A stretch of 64,000 nucleotides of DNA, taken from a virus. Both the position numbers and the translations under genes were made by a program. The notes below the pieces were generated by a model. That model saw nothing but the letters and a program-made list of their open reading frames with translations, made no database searches and had not been told where the DNA came from. The stretch lies in IMG/VR virus record IMGVR_UViG_3300002307_002134, positions 1 through 64,000 of that record. One strand, 5' to 3'. Shown in pieces: positions 1 to 9,036 of the stretch; within the stretch, counting starts at the first letter, position 1, and each line of letters opens with the position of its first letter.

Positions 1-138
1 AATTTTTTGGAGTGATGGATATTTTGTTTGTTCTATTGGTGAAGCATCACCAGATACTATTCGTGAGTATATCCTATCACAAGGTTAAGTCGCTTATATC
101 CAACCCACGTAAAAACGATGGATGGGTTTTACGCTCCG
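1..138 (-). mobile_element. IS200/IS605 element, left end (partial)
   Basis: Subterminal hairpin 89-138 (gtcgcttatatccaacccacg...gatggatgggttttacgctccg) closely matches 2697-2745. Flanked on the minus strand by TTGAA, which overlaps the stop codon of ORF 140..391. Confidence 0.8.
2..88 (+). CDS. tnpA: IS200/IS605 Y1 transposase TnpA, C-terminal end (gene starts before the window)
   Basis: Frame 2 reads IFWSDGYFVCSIGEASPDTIREYILSQG*, the typical W-x-x-GYF-x-x-S-x-G...I-x-x-Y-I-x-x-Q tail containing the catalytic Tyr. Not in the ORF track. Confidence 0.85.
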   Translation: MFWSDGYFVCSIGEASPDTIREYILSQG

Positions 139-139
139 T

Positions 140-391
140 TCAATAAATTGATTTTATTGTTATCTCAGCATTATGATACTGTTTTTTTTTTAAATCTAAA
201 TAATCGACTATAGTAGCTTTGAGTACTGTTTCTGATATTGCTGGACAAAAAATTTTTTTTGTAAATTCTAAAACATTGTTAATCGCTGTTTTATGATTTT
301 TAATAGTGCCGCAACAATATAAATATATTACAATATTATCTTCTTGATACTCACGATTTAAAAACTTCCAAATTATTTCTGAATCATACAT
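140..391 (-). CDS. hypothetical protein
   Basis: 83-aa ORF, no recognised motif. Confidence 0.55.
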   Translation of the reverse strand: MYDSEIIWKFLNREYQEDNIVIYLYCCGTIKNHKTAINNVLEFTKKIFCPAISETVLKATIVDYLDLKKKQYHNAEITIKSIY

Positions 392-450
392 TGATTATTG
401 GGTGGGGTTCATTATATTTATAACTATAACAAAATTAAAAAAACAAGTAA

Positions 451-774
451 ATGGCATTAGAACTAACAGACGCAGAGATTGCAAAAATATTAGCTGAAAA
501 AGAATTAACAATAATAGATTTTTGGGCTCCTTGGTGTGGACCATGTAGAATGTTATCACCGATTATTGATGAATTGACAAAAGATAACGCAGATAATGAA
601 AGAGTCAACATAGCGAAGGTTAATGTTGATGGGAACGCAGAAACAGCTGTTAAATATGGTATTAGAGGGATACCAACCCTTCTTTTTATAAAAGATGGAA
701 ATGTTGTTGATAGGGTGACTGGTTTAAAAAATAAAAGTGAATTACAAGAAAAAATAAACACTTTGTTGTCATAA
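451..774 (+). CDS. trxA: thioredoxin
   Basis: DFWAPWCGPC active site, cis-Pro motif GIPTL, 107 aa. Confidence 0.95.
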   Translation: MALELTDAEIAKILAEKELTIIDFWAPWCGPCRMLSPIIDELTKDNADNERVNIAKVNVDGNAETAVKYGIRGIPTLLFIKDGNVVDRVTGLKNKSELQEKINTLLS

Positions 775-814
775 GACAACGGAGTATTTTATTTTGATAG
801 CGATACTTATAAAC

Positions 815-1156
815 ATGAAAAAAAAATTAATCATAACAGAAGGTCAGTTAGAACGTTTAAAAACGAATCTTAAAGAAGGTTCCATTCATTCCAATATTAT
901 TAAACAAATGAAAGAAGATTTGGACACCAATTACGAACCAGTTGAAAAATTTGTTCGTGAGGAAGGTGAATATTTTGAAAAACCTATGATTATGATTAAA
1001 GTTGACCAAGAAGTTATCACTCCAAAATCGTTATACGAATATTTTAAAGACAAGTATAAGATGGGTGAAGAATTTACCAAGCAAGTAATCCGAGATTGGA
1101 TGTACGGAAATATTACTGATGATTATCGCCTATCAAAAAACATTACTATGAATTAA
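815..1156 (+). CDS. hypothetical phage protein with N-terminal KKLIITEGQ motif
   Basis: ATG at 815 preferred over TTG at 794; phage-like composition. Confidence 0.65.
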   Translation: MKKKLIITEGQLERLKTNLKEGSIHSNIIKQMKEDLDTNYEPVEKFVREEGEYFEKPMIMIKVDQEVITPKSLYEYFKDKYKMGEEFTKQVIRDWMYGNITDDYRLSKNITMN

Positions 1157-1160
1157 TAAA

Positions 1161-1484
1161 ATGGATTTGAAATATAAAATAAGGAATGTTCTAAAAAAAG
1201 AATATGGTAATTTTGAAACTATATTAGAACATCAGTATGAAGACAAACTTACTGAAAACCTTATTGAAGGGTCATTATCCAAAAGAAAAGAGTGGGCCAC
1301 ATATAATCAAGTTGTTTTAGAATTAAAACATAGTTTAAAAGATATGCTTCGTGTTAAAGAGTTACAATATAAATTAACCGATGATGGCAACCCCAATGAA
1401 ATAATTATTGAGGCTATTGAAGAGGTAAAAACATTTACACCAGAACTTGAAAGGTTATATTACAAGATAAAGAATTTTAAGTAA
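1161..1484 (+). CDS. hypothetical protein, paralog of 3827..4171
   Basis: Shares W-x-TY...E(L/I)-x-Y(K/R)L(T/S)D-x-x-NPN motif with 3827..4171; its stop codon is now supplied by the IS right end. Confidence 0.7.
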   Translation: MDLKYKIRNVLKKEYGNFETILEHQYEDKLTENLIEGSLSKRKEWATYNQVVLELKHSLKDMLRVKELQYKLTDDGNPNEIIIEAIEEVKTFTPELERLYYKIKNFK

Positions 1485-2745
1485 ACTACCCACCCACGCA
1501 AAGCGATGGGATGGGCTTTAAATCTGAATTATGCAAAGCACAGCTATACATACTCGACTTTTCGGGGTTTATTACAGAACCCCCAAGCGTAGCAATATTG
1601 AGCGATGCGTTTACATCAGCGTCCATATTGTTTCCGCAGTTATTACATTCAAATATTTTTCCTTTCCTATTGCCTATGTGGTGGCAGTTGCTGCAAGTCT
1701 TGCTTGTGTATCTTGGATTAACAAGAACAACTTGAACACCATTAAGAATAGCTTTGTAGGAAATATATTGACGCAACTGATTGAACGACCACTTGCCAAC
1801 TCTTGTTCTAAAATTTTTGCCTTTTTTAAGCGAAGAAAAGCGGATGCCTTTAAGGTCTTCAAGAGCAATTCCTTTGTTTTCTTCTTTAGCAATTTGAACA
1901 ATTTGTTTGGAAATTGTGTGGTTGATGATAGAAGCGGTGGTACGTTCTCTGCCACTAAGCCTTTTCAAGAGTTTTTTACCTCCTCTTGTGCGTTTGCTTT
2001 GAACGGAACTTCTTACTTTTTGTCTTTTTTCTCGATAATCTTGAAGTTTTTTAGAGTTAAATTCTTTACCATTACTAAGAGTTGCAATCGAAACCAACCC
2101 CATGTCCACACCGATAAACTTCTCAATATCTTCCACATCTTCTTCGGGAACATCAACGGTTTGAAACAAGTAAAACTTACCTTTCTTGTAAACCAAATCA
2201 GCTTCACCTTTTATGTAAGGCAAATAGTTTCGGTTATGGCAAACAAAAGGTATTTTAATCCTACCACCAATAGCCCAAAGAGAAACAATATCGTTAGGCT
2301 TGTAGGTCATAATACGACTGTCATAACCAATACTGCCAAGTGGTCTAAATTCTCTTTTTACTTTCTTTTCAAGTTTGTAAGCATCAGCAACTTTTGCTAT
2401 ACATCTTACAAGAATTTGAGAAGAAAGTTTGAATGTAGCCTTATAAGGATGGTAAACTTCGTGATGCAGTTTAAAGTTATTGAAAATACGCTTCTCCCAA
2501 GCCACCTCAGAAATGGCATTACAAACAGAATTAGCTTCCTTCATCGTATCGAGAAGCAAGTTAGCCTGTTCGTCAGTAGGCAAAAGTTTTATTTTCAATG
2601 TAAGTTTCATACAATCATAAATACACACAAAAATACAAAAAGTTTCTTATATCAGAAAATAATTTTAATTTTGTTTAACTTTAAAGGCGTTAGCGTGTCG
2701 CTTACCTCCCATCCACACTACGTGATGAATGGGTTTCACGCTCCG
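1481..2745 (-). mobile_element. IS200/IS605-family TnpB-only (IS1341-like) element
   Basis: Left-end hairpin 2697-2745 preceded by TTTAA on the minus strand; right-end hairpin 1486-1516 ending in TTTAC; no target duplication; removal restores AAT TTT AAT TAA ATG. Confidence 0.85.
1486..2610 (-). CDS. tnpB: TnpB RNA-guided endonuclease
   Basis: RuvC-I GVDMG, RuvC-II IALEDL, zinc finger CSNC...CNNC, RuvC-III DADVNAS; the D-E-D triad is intact. Confidence 0.95.
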   Translation of the reverse strand: MKLTLKIKLLPTDEQANLLLDTMKEANSVCNAISEVAWEKRIFNNFKLHHEVYHPYKATFKLSSQILVRCIAKVADAYKLEKKVKREFRPLGSIGYDSRIMTYKPNDIVSLWAIGGRIKIPFVCHNRNYLPYIKGEADLVYKKGKFYLFQTVDVPEEDVEDIEKFIGVDMGLVSIATLSNGKEFNSKKLQDYREKRQKVRSSVQSKRTRGGKKLLKRLSGRERTTASIINHTISKQIVQIAKEENKGIALEDLKGIRFSSLKKGKNFRTRVGKWSFNQLRQYISYKAILNGVQVVLVNPRYTSKTCSNCHHIGNRKGKIFECNNCGNNMDADVNASLNIATLGGSVINPEKSSMYSCALHNSDLKPIPSLCVGG

Positions 2746-2749
2746 TTAA

Positions 2750-3787
2750 ATGAATAGTTTTAATGTAAGTTATGTTACCACATTGCCAAAAGAAGGCAAT
2801 TCACCTAGGGTAACGATTAGCGGTGATATACCGCAAAAATATTTAGTTAAGTTTTACGATAGAACTAAAGATTTAGTAAGTTCTGGATATTGTGAAACAA
2901 ATCAAACCATAATAGCTAAAGCAAAGCAATGGTTTACACAATGGGTTGTAATGATTGAAGATGAGGGTGGAAAAATGGTTCATATTGATTATTTTAATCC
3001 AACAAACAAAATAATTTCTATTAAGATAGACGCTTTTGCTTTGGGTGATAATATTGCTTGGATGCCGTATATTGAGGCATTTAGAGAGTTACATGAATGT
3101 ACTGTAATATGTTCAACATTCCATAATGATTTATTTGTTGAAAGTTATCCAAACATTATATTTGTAAAACCCAATACAGTAATTGAAAATATTTATGCTC
3201 AATACTACATTGGTGCTTGTGAAGAAGAAAACCCATATTATGCACCAGTAAAGTCACGTGAGGTAGCATTACAATGGGTTGCTGCTTATACTTTGGGATT
3301 ACCAAGAATTGAAATAAGACCAGATTTAACAACCAAATATAAAAATAGAATAATCAACGTAAGAAAGAAATACGTTACGTTATCTGAATTTGGAAGTGCT
3401 GAAAATAAATCTTGGAAAGCTGAGAATGGTTGGCAACAAATTGTTAATTTTTTGGTTGAAAAGGGATATGATGTTGTTGTAATATCAAAAGAACCCACTC
3501 AATTAAATAATGTGGTTAATATGACTGGAAATATTGATTTAAGTTATAGAATCATTGATATAATGAATGCTGAATTTCATTTAGGAATTAGCTCTGGATT
3601 AAGTTGGTTGGCATGGGCGTTGGGTAAACACGTAGTTATGATTAGTGATGTAACACCAACATGGCACGAATTTCAAAGTGATGTTACGAGATTTTGTGCT
3701 AATGATTTAACCAGTGTTAAATATGATGCTGAGGGGTATACAAAAATAGAAGATGTTATTGAAAAGCTCTCCCAAATGGTAGTTTGA
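2750..3787 (+). CDS. GT-B glycosyltransferase, autotransporter O-heptosyltransferase (TibC/AAH)-like / GT9-like
   Basis: ALGDNIAWMPYIE and GISSGLSWLAWALGKHVVMIS motifs. Confidence 0.7.
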   Translation: MNSFNVSYVTTLPKEGNSPRVTISGDIPQKYLVKFYDRTKDLVSSGYCETNQTIIAKAKQWFTQWVVMIEDEGGKMVHIDYFNPTNKIISIKIDAFALGDNIAWMPYIEAFRELHECTVICSTFHNDLFVESYPNIIFVKPNTVIENIYAQYYIGACEEENPYYAPVKSREVALQWVAAYTLGLPRIEIRPDLTTKYKNRIINVRKKYVTLSEFGSAENKSWKAENGWQQIVNFLVEKGYDVVVISKEPTQLNNVVNMTGNIDLSYRIIDIMNAEFHLGISSGLSWLAWALGKHVVMISDVTPTWHEFQSDVTRFCANDLTSVKYDAEGYTKIEDVIEKLSQMVV

Positions 3788-3826
3788 AGATATTTATAGT
3801 AAATAACATTTTTATCTTAAACTACA

Positions 3827-4171
3827 ATGATGGGAACAAATATTTTTTTATTTAACTCTGGTCATAGTAAAAAAACTAAGCTTGACAAAGCCTACAATGA
3901 GCACTTAAAAAACATTATACATACTATTAATGAGGAAGAAGAGAGTAGATGGGAGACATATAGCATAATAATAGAACAGTTGGTTAAACAAGGAAAAGAA
4001 AATTACTTAAACGAAATAAAGTATAGGTTGTCAGATGGTGAAAACCCTAACAAAGTAATTTTAAGTATAATAGACAGAGAATCTGATAATGTAGATGCTT
4101 TGACTTGGTTTTTTAAAAAAAGAATTGAGGAGTATTTGGAGGAAGATTATTTTAAAAGATTTTACTTTTAA
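3827..4171 (+). CDS. hypothetical protein, paralog of 1161..1484
   Basis: Shared motif WETY...EIKYRLSDGENPN; TATTTATA motif upstream. Confidence 0.7.
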   Translation: MMGTNIFLFNSGHSKKTKLDKAYNEHLKNIIHTINEEEESRWETYSIIIEQLVKQGKENYLNEIKYRLSDGENPNKVILSIIDRESDNVDALTWFFKKRIEEYLEEDYFKRFYF

Positions 4172-4216
4172 AACTTGTCTTTAACAAATAATTTTAGTAA
4201 ATTTGTTAAATATACC

Positions 4217-5641
4217 ATGAAAAATACAAATATTACAGATAGATTGACATTTTTGGCTGAACAATTCGATGTTTTTGAATATGTTGGTGATGATTTAGTT
4301 GCTAATCCAATTATGGATAAGCTACAATCTTTGAAAGCTGATGGATATGAAAGCAAAACAATTAGCACTAGTAATGGTGATTTAATTGGTATTGTTTCGA
4401 CAAAGACAAACGAAAAAAACCGTATTTTCAAAAAAATTAGCGTTTCTTCTAAAGTTTTTTCAAATATGATAATGGCAGACCCAACTGAAAATAAAATATA
4501 CTTACAGTGGATGCTAAACATATTTACCAGACTAGTAAAAAATGGTAGTGAGAATGATATTTCATCAGCTATAAGATTTGTAAGTGAAGATTTGCCACAG
4601 GCCAATGTTTATCTTGTATTGTTTGAGGATAATAAAAGAAAACGTAAGTTTAGGGAATTGTGTAAAAACAGTTATAGCCTTAAACATGTGGAAGACCCAA
4701 CCAACATCAATCAGTATAAGTCATTATCACAACTGTTTGATGCCGTTGACCCTTTTATTGAACGAGAACCAAGTGCTGTTGAGAGAACTATGGGTAAATT
4801 TGTGGAATCTGGGCAAGCTGAGATTCCTGTAAAGGATAGAAAGTTTACACTGTTTATCCCTAAAACAACAGCAGCGAATGTTGTGTTTGATAAGTTTGCT
4901 AACTGGTGTACGGCCAAAGAGGGTAATGGTATGTTTAAAAACTATACTCAGAACAATAAAAAGCCGAATGGTAAAAACTCGGATATTTATATTATAATAA
5001 ATAACAAGTTTTTCTCTGGTGAATCTGAAGAGATGTACCAAATACACTTTGAAACCAACCAGTTAAAAGACAGAAAAAACAGCCAAAACGTTAGCATTTT
5101 TGAAAATGTATTGGCTGAAAACGAAGGGTTGAGCAATTTCTTTTACGAAGAATTGATGGGTATGGCTAAAGAATTTAAACTAGGGATTGAGCAAAACAAA
5201 TACTTAGATTATTTAATAAAATTTGGATTTACAGAAAGTTTATTTGAAATGTTTCCAGAGGACACACCATCAATAAGAATTATGAATAAAGAGGTGCCTA
5301 AATTACCAGATTTGAGTAGATTTAAAAAACTTGACCAATTTATTATTACTATGGCAAATTTAACTGAGCTTCACCCATCTATTGGAAATCTAAGTAATCT
5401 GGAGATGTTAGTTTTGACGGATAACAAAATTAAATCACTACCTAAAGAAATAGGATTATTAAAAAATCTTGTGTTTTTAAACCTTACTGGTAATCCGATT
5501 AAAGATATTCCATCTGATATTGCATATTTAGATAAAAGCAATGGTGGGTCGCTGTATCGAATTGGAATAAAAGAAGAAGACATAGGAAAGGAGAATTATC
5601 ATAAATTAAAAAGTTTGTTACCACAAACTAAAATTGACTAA
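4217..5641 (+). CDS. leucine-rich-repeat protein with central WCT-motif domain
   Basis: C-terminal LRRs (LTELHPSIGNLSNLEMLVLTDNKIKSLPKEIGLLKNLVFLNLTGNPI); ANWCTA motif; ATG 4217 follows TAAATTTG. Confidence 0.75.
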   Translation: MKNTNITDRLTFLAEQFDVFEYVGDDLVANPIMDKLQSLKADGYESKTISTSNGDLIGIVSTKTNEKNRIFKKISVSSKVFSNMIMADPTENKIYLQWMLNIFTRLVKNGSENDISSAIRFVSEDLPQANVYLVLFEDNKRKRKFRELCKNSYSLKHVEDPTNINQYKSLSQLFDAVDPFIEREPSAVERTMGKFVESGQAEIPVKDRKFTLFIPKTTAANVVFDKFANWCTAKEGNGMFKNYTQNNKKPNGKNSDIYIIINNKFFSGESEEMYQIHFETNQLKDRKNSQNVSIFENVLAENEGLSNFFYEELMGMAKEFKLGIEQNKYLDYLIKFGFTESLFEMFPEDTPSIRIMNKEVPKLPDLSRFKKLDQFIITMANLTELHPSIGNLSNLEMLVLTDNKIKSLPKEIGLLKNLVFLNLTGNPIKDIPSDIAYLDKSNGGSLYRIGIKEEDIGKENYHKLKSLLPQTKID

Positions 5642-5642
5642 G

Positions 5643-5671
5643 ATAAGGGCTCCATTTTTGGAGCCCTTATT
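5643..5671 (+). terminator. rho-independent terminator
   Basis: ataagggctcc-atttt-tggagcccttatt hairpin after the stop codon. Confidence 0.7.
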
Positions 5672-5700
5672 GTTTATAATGAGTTTTAAAATTAAAGACT

Positions 5701-6210
5701 ATGAAATGGAGAAGAAATGATGAAGTAATCAAAATACCAATTGTTGAATATTTGGAAAAACTTTTTGATGAAGAATTAGAAAAAGGAATAACACTTAAAG
5801 TATCAATAGGAACTGACTCACAAAAAGCTAGTAGAGGTAGCTATAAATTTGCTACAGTTATACTTATTAGAACTTTTGAAGATTTAGGTGATGGTATCAC
5901 TGTTGGTCATGGAGGTATGATTATATCTTCAACATACTATAACCATTTCAAAGCAAAAAATAAAGAACTGGTTAATGAAAGAATGGTATTTGAAGTTAGC
6001 AAATCAGTGGAAGTTGCTTATGAAATAGCAACTTTGTTAGATTTATATGATATACCACTTGAAATTCACGCTGATATTAATCCAGACCCAATTCATGAAT
6101 CTAATAAAGCATTGCAACAAGCTATTGGTTATATTTTAGGAATGGGCTATAGTTTTAAGGTAAAACCAGACGCTTATGCCGCATCAAATGTTGCTGACCA
6201 TAAATGTTGA
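5701..6210 (+). CDS. RNase H-like YkuK (DUF458) family protein
   Basis: IGTDSQ, EIHADIN and KPDAYAASNVAD motifs. Confidence 0.8.
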   Translation: MKWRRNDEVIKIPIVEYLEKLFDEELEKGITLKVSIGTDSQKASRGSYKFATVILIRTFEDLGDGITVGHGGMIISSTYYNHFKAKNKELVNERMVFEVSKSVEVAYEIATLLDLYDIPLEIHADINPDPIHESNKALQQAIGYILGMGYSFKVKPDAYAASNVADHKC

Positions 6211-6294
6211 CATTTATTTTGGTTATGGTTTATCTTTTTGTTAATTTCAACATATTTATATGTAATAATAAGATTTTTTTAAAAACTTAAAAAC

Positions 6295-6504
6295 ATGTCA
6301 AATAAAAAGAAAACAGTTAGAATCAAAGAAAATGACCTTGTTGATTTAATTGATAATATTGTTAATGAAGCTGTTACAATAAAAAAACAAGAGTGGATTA
6401 ACGAACAAGCTAAAAAAGCAACTAACAAAACAGCTGTTTTAGAAAGTAAAATTGCTAAGTTAGAAGCACAATTTAAAGCTTTAACTGAAGGTAAAAAGAA
6501 GTAA
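6295..6504 (+). CDS. small coiled-coil protein (KKTVRIKENDL motif)
   Basis: 69-aa ORF with its own TATTTATA motif and terminator. Confidence 0.7.
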   Translation: MSNKKKTVRIKENDLVDLIDNIVNEAVTIKKQEWINEQAKKATNKTAVLESKIAKLEAQFKALTEGKKK

Positions 6505-6522
6505 TTCTAAATCAAAAATATT

Positions 6523-6560
6523 AATGGCTAGGTTATCTTTTCAGATAGCTTAGCCATTTT
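6523..6560 (+). terminator. rho-independent terminator
   Basis: aatggctaggttatc...gatagcttagccatttt. Confidence 0.65.
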
Positions 6561-6602
6561 ATTTTATTTACTTGTCACAAATTTGGTATATTTTTGTGAC
6601 AT

Positions 6603-7292
6603 ATGGATAACTTGATTGAGAAATTAAAAAAAGAAACCGAGCCATTGGTTTCAACCGTTGCTAGAGATGAATTTATAACTGCTAGCGAAAAAGCCTTTGA
6701 TTGTGCATTTGACGGCACTTCTAGGTTCCACCCATGGAAGATGCCAACCAAGCTTCCAAACACGTTTAAAATTGGTGTAATAGTGGGTAGTAGTGGTTCT
6801 GGCAAATCAACACTACTTAAACATTTTGGTCGAGAAGAAAATCCTATTTGGAATGCCAATAAATCAATCATATCACATTTTGATAGTCCAGATGATGGAA
6901 TCAATAGATTAGGTTCTGTTGGTTTCAATTCAATACCTTCATGGTATAAACCTTACAATATTTTATCCAACGGTGAAAAATTTAGAGCTGATTTAGCCAG
7001 AAAGATTAAATCTGGAGCAGTTATTGATGAATACACTAGTGTAGTTGACCGAACAGTAGCTAAAGCGGCCAGCATCGCCTTATCAAGATATATCAAAAAT
7101 AATGATATAAATAATATTGTTATATCAACATGTCATAATGATATTATTGATTGGTTGGAACCAGATTGGGTGATTAATACGGATACAGGTGAATTGCTTC
7201 ACGGTTTTTTTTTGTCCGACCAAAAATCATTGTCAAAATATATAGGACAAACTATGATAGTTGGGGAATGTTTAAAGACCATCACTATTTAG
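6603..7292 (+). CDS. ABC-type ATPase (N-terminal part of an ATPase-GNAT fusion via a -1 shift at T9, 7205-7213)
   Basis: Walker A GSSGSGKST, signature LSNGEKFR, Walker B VIDEYTS, H-loop TCH. Confidence 0.85.
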   Translation: MDNLIEKLKKETEPLVSTVARDEFITASEKAFDCAFDGTSRFHPWKMPTKLPNTFKIGVIVGSSGSGKSTLLKHFGREENPIWNANKSIISHFDSPDDGINRLGSVGFNSIPSWYKPYNILSNGEKFRADLARKIKSGAVIDEYTSVVDRTVAKAASIALSRYIKNNDINNIVISTCHNDIIDWLEPDWVINTDTGELLHGFFLSDQKSLSKYIGQTMIVGECLKTITI

Positions 7293-7690
7293 ATGGAAAT
7301 GTAAATAAAGCAGCCAGATGTTATGTAGGTATTTGGGAAGACCAAGTTGTTGCTTTTGGTGCAACGTTGACAATGCCCAATGGTTCTTTAAAAAACGCAT
7401 GGCGTGGTCATAGGACGGTAATTTTACCAGATTATCAAGGTATGGGTATTGGGGTAAGATTTTCGGATGCTGTGGCTCAAATACACATAGATGAAGGTCA
7501 TAGATATTTTTCCAGAACCAGTCATCCAAGAATGATATATTATAGAGAAAATTCTTCTTTATGGAAACCAACTAGCAAACATAAAAAGTTACGAAAAGAT
7601 GTTTCGGATAATAATACATATAAACAACATATGTACGATAATAAAAGATTATGTGGTAGTTTTGAGTATATTGGTGAGATTAAATTATAG
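7214..7690 (+). CDS. GNAT (Mom-like) acetyltransferase domain in the -1 frame
   Basis: The -1 frame is open from the T9 run: VRPKIIVKIYRTNYDSWGMFKDHHYL...RTVILPDYQGMGIG (acetyl-CoA motif Q-G-x-G-x-G). Confidence 0.8.
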   Translation, partial: VRPKIIVKIYRTNYDSWGMFKDHHYLDGNVNKAARCYVGIWEDQVVAFGATLTMPNGSLKNAWRGHRTVILPDYQGMGIGVRFSDAVAQIHIDEGHRYFSRTSHPRMIYYRENSSLWKPTSKHKKLRKDVSDNNTYKQHMYDNKRLCGSFEYIGEIKL

Positions 7691-8119
7691 GTTTAAATTT
7701 TCACGAATAAGACGTTTAATCAAAGATTTGGTACCTTCATTTACCTTTTCCTTCCCCCAATCTTTTTTAGCTTTTTTTTCCATTTTTTCTATTCTATCAT
7801 AGTAATCTGGAAATTCAGTAACGTGGTCCATAGCAATTTCAGTTGCTTTTTCTTTATCGCTGGTATGTTCTTTTTCAATCTCTATACCTTTTTTTAGTTG
7901 AGCTTTGATTTTATCAACTGATACTTTGAATTTCTTTGCTATATCTTCGACAGACATCTTATCTGCTTTGCCGCCTTTGATTGTGTTTGTTTCAGTAACT
8001 GATTCATTGGCATTAGCATGAAGGGCTGCTAGATATTTTTCAATAGGCCCTTTGGTACAACCAACCTTGGCACCCGTGTCTTTTTTATAAACACAATTAT
8101 TTTTAACTTTATAAGGCAT
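7685..8119 (-). CDS. hypothetical protein (DUF5661-like GxxxExEH...IAxDH...PDYY domain)
   Basis: Motif recognition; C-terminal LIKRLIRENL. Confidence 0.65.
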   Translation of the reverse strand: MPYKVKNNCVYKKDTGAKVGCTKGPIEKYLAALHANANESVTETNTIKGGKADKMSVEDIAKKFKVSVDKIKAQLKKGIEIEKEHTSDKEKATEIAMDHVTEFPDYYDRIEKMEKKAKKDWGKEKVNEGTKSLIKRLIRENLNL

Positions 8120-8151
8120 AGTTTTAATTATTTTTATATTTCCAATCAATT

Positions 8152-9024
8152 TTATTCATATATTTCTGGGTGTAGTTTACCATAAATTCTAATTATCTTT
8201 CCAGCAACAGCATTTGCTTCGTTTTCTATTTCACTACCATCAGCACCATCTATTTTTGGGTTTGTTAATCTACCATCTAAATTTTGTCTGTGATGTTGAA
8301 GTTCGTGAGCAATCGACCTAATAATATCAACTATGGCTCTGTCTTTTGCGTAAACAACCAAATAACCATTTGTGCTATAATATGCTGTTGTTGTTAGGTC
8401 TGGTGTTCTTTCATAAGCCAAAGCTACCTTGATGTCATCATCGATATCCAAGTATTTTTTAACAAAGTTAATGAAATCACCCATTACCTTAACATCTTTT
8501 TCTTTTTTTGTAAGAATTCTCTCATTAAGAGATTCTTTTTTTGGTGAATTATCGTGACCACATTCGTGACAAACATACAAGTCTTTTTTATCTGATTCAG
8601 ATTCTTTCCAATGCCATCCACACTCGGTACATGTTATGGTTTTATCCAAGGCTTCTCTAAGAAGCGATTTAATCATTGGTTTTAGGTTTTCTTTCATTCC
8701 TGGTAATTTTGGGTATCTAATCATTGTATCTCTGAATTCAAAATTTTTATTGTGACCTTTATTCATTTTGAAACCAAATTTTTTATAAAATTGTACTAAT
8801 CTATTAACATTTCCACCAAAATCGCTAGAAGGTGTTAAAGCTATTATTTGTCCATGTTCATCTGCATATCTAACCAAATCTTCCATTAAACTACTACCAA
8901 TACCAGTATTTCTAATTTCTGGATTAATAATAATCCTAGAAAGTATAAGGCTAGTTTTGGTTTCATATATATCCAAAGCTTTTAAGACTTCTCCGTATTT
9001 ATTTTTTAATATGTCTTCTATCAT
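8152..9024 (-). CDS. modular protein: GNAT acetyltransferase + Zn-ribbon + HExxH metallopeptidase-like domain
   Basis: RNTGIGS and FYKKFGF (GNAT); CTECG...CHECG; SIAHELQHHRQ...ENEANA. Confidence 0.75.
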   Translation of the reverse strand: MIEDILKNKYGEVLKALDIYETKTSLILSRIIINPEIRNTGIGSSLMEDLVRYADEHGQIIALTPSSDFGGNVNRLVQFYKKFGFKMNKGHNKNFEFRDTMIRYPKLPGMKENLKPMIKSLLREALDKTITCTECGWHWKESESDKKDLYVCHECGHDNSPKKESLNERILTKKEKDVKVMGDFINFVKKYLDIDDDIKVALAYERTPDLTTTAYYSTNGYLVVYAKDRAIVDIIRSIAHELQHHRQNLDGRLTNPKIDGADGSEIENEANAVAGKIIRIYGKLHPEIYE

Positions 9025-9036
9025 AGTTATAAATAT

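Noticed and set aside
1531-2757. 408-aa plus-strand ORF
   Set aside because: Antisense shadow of tnpB with no recognisable motifs.
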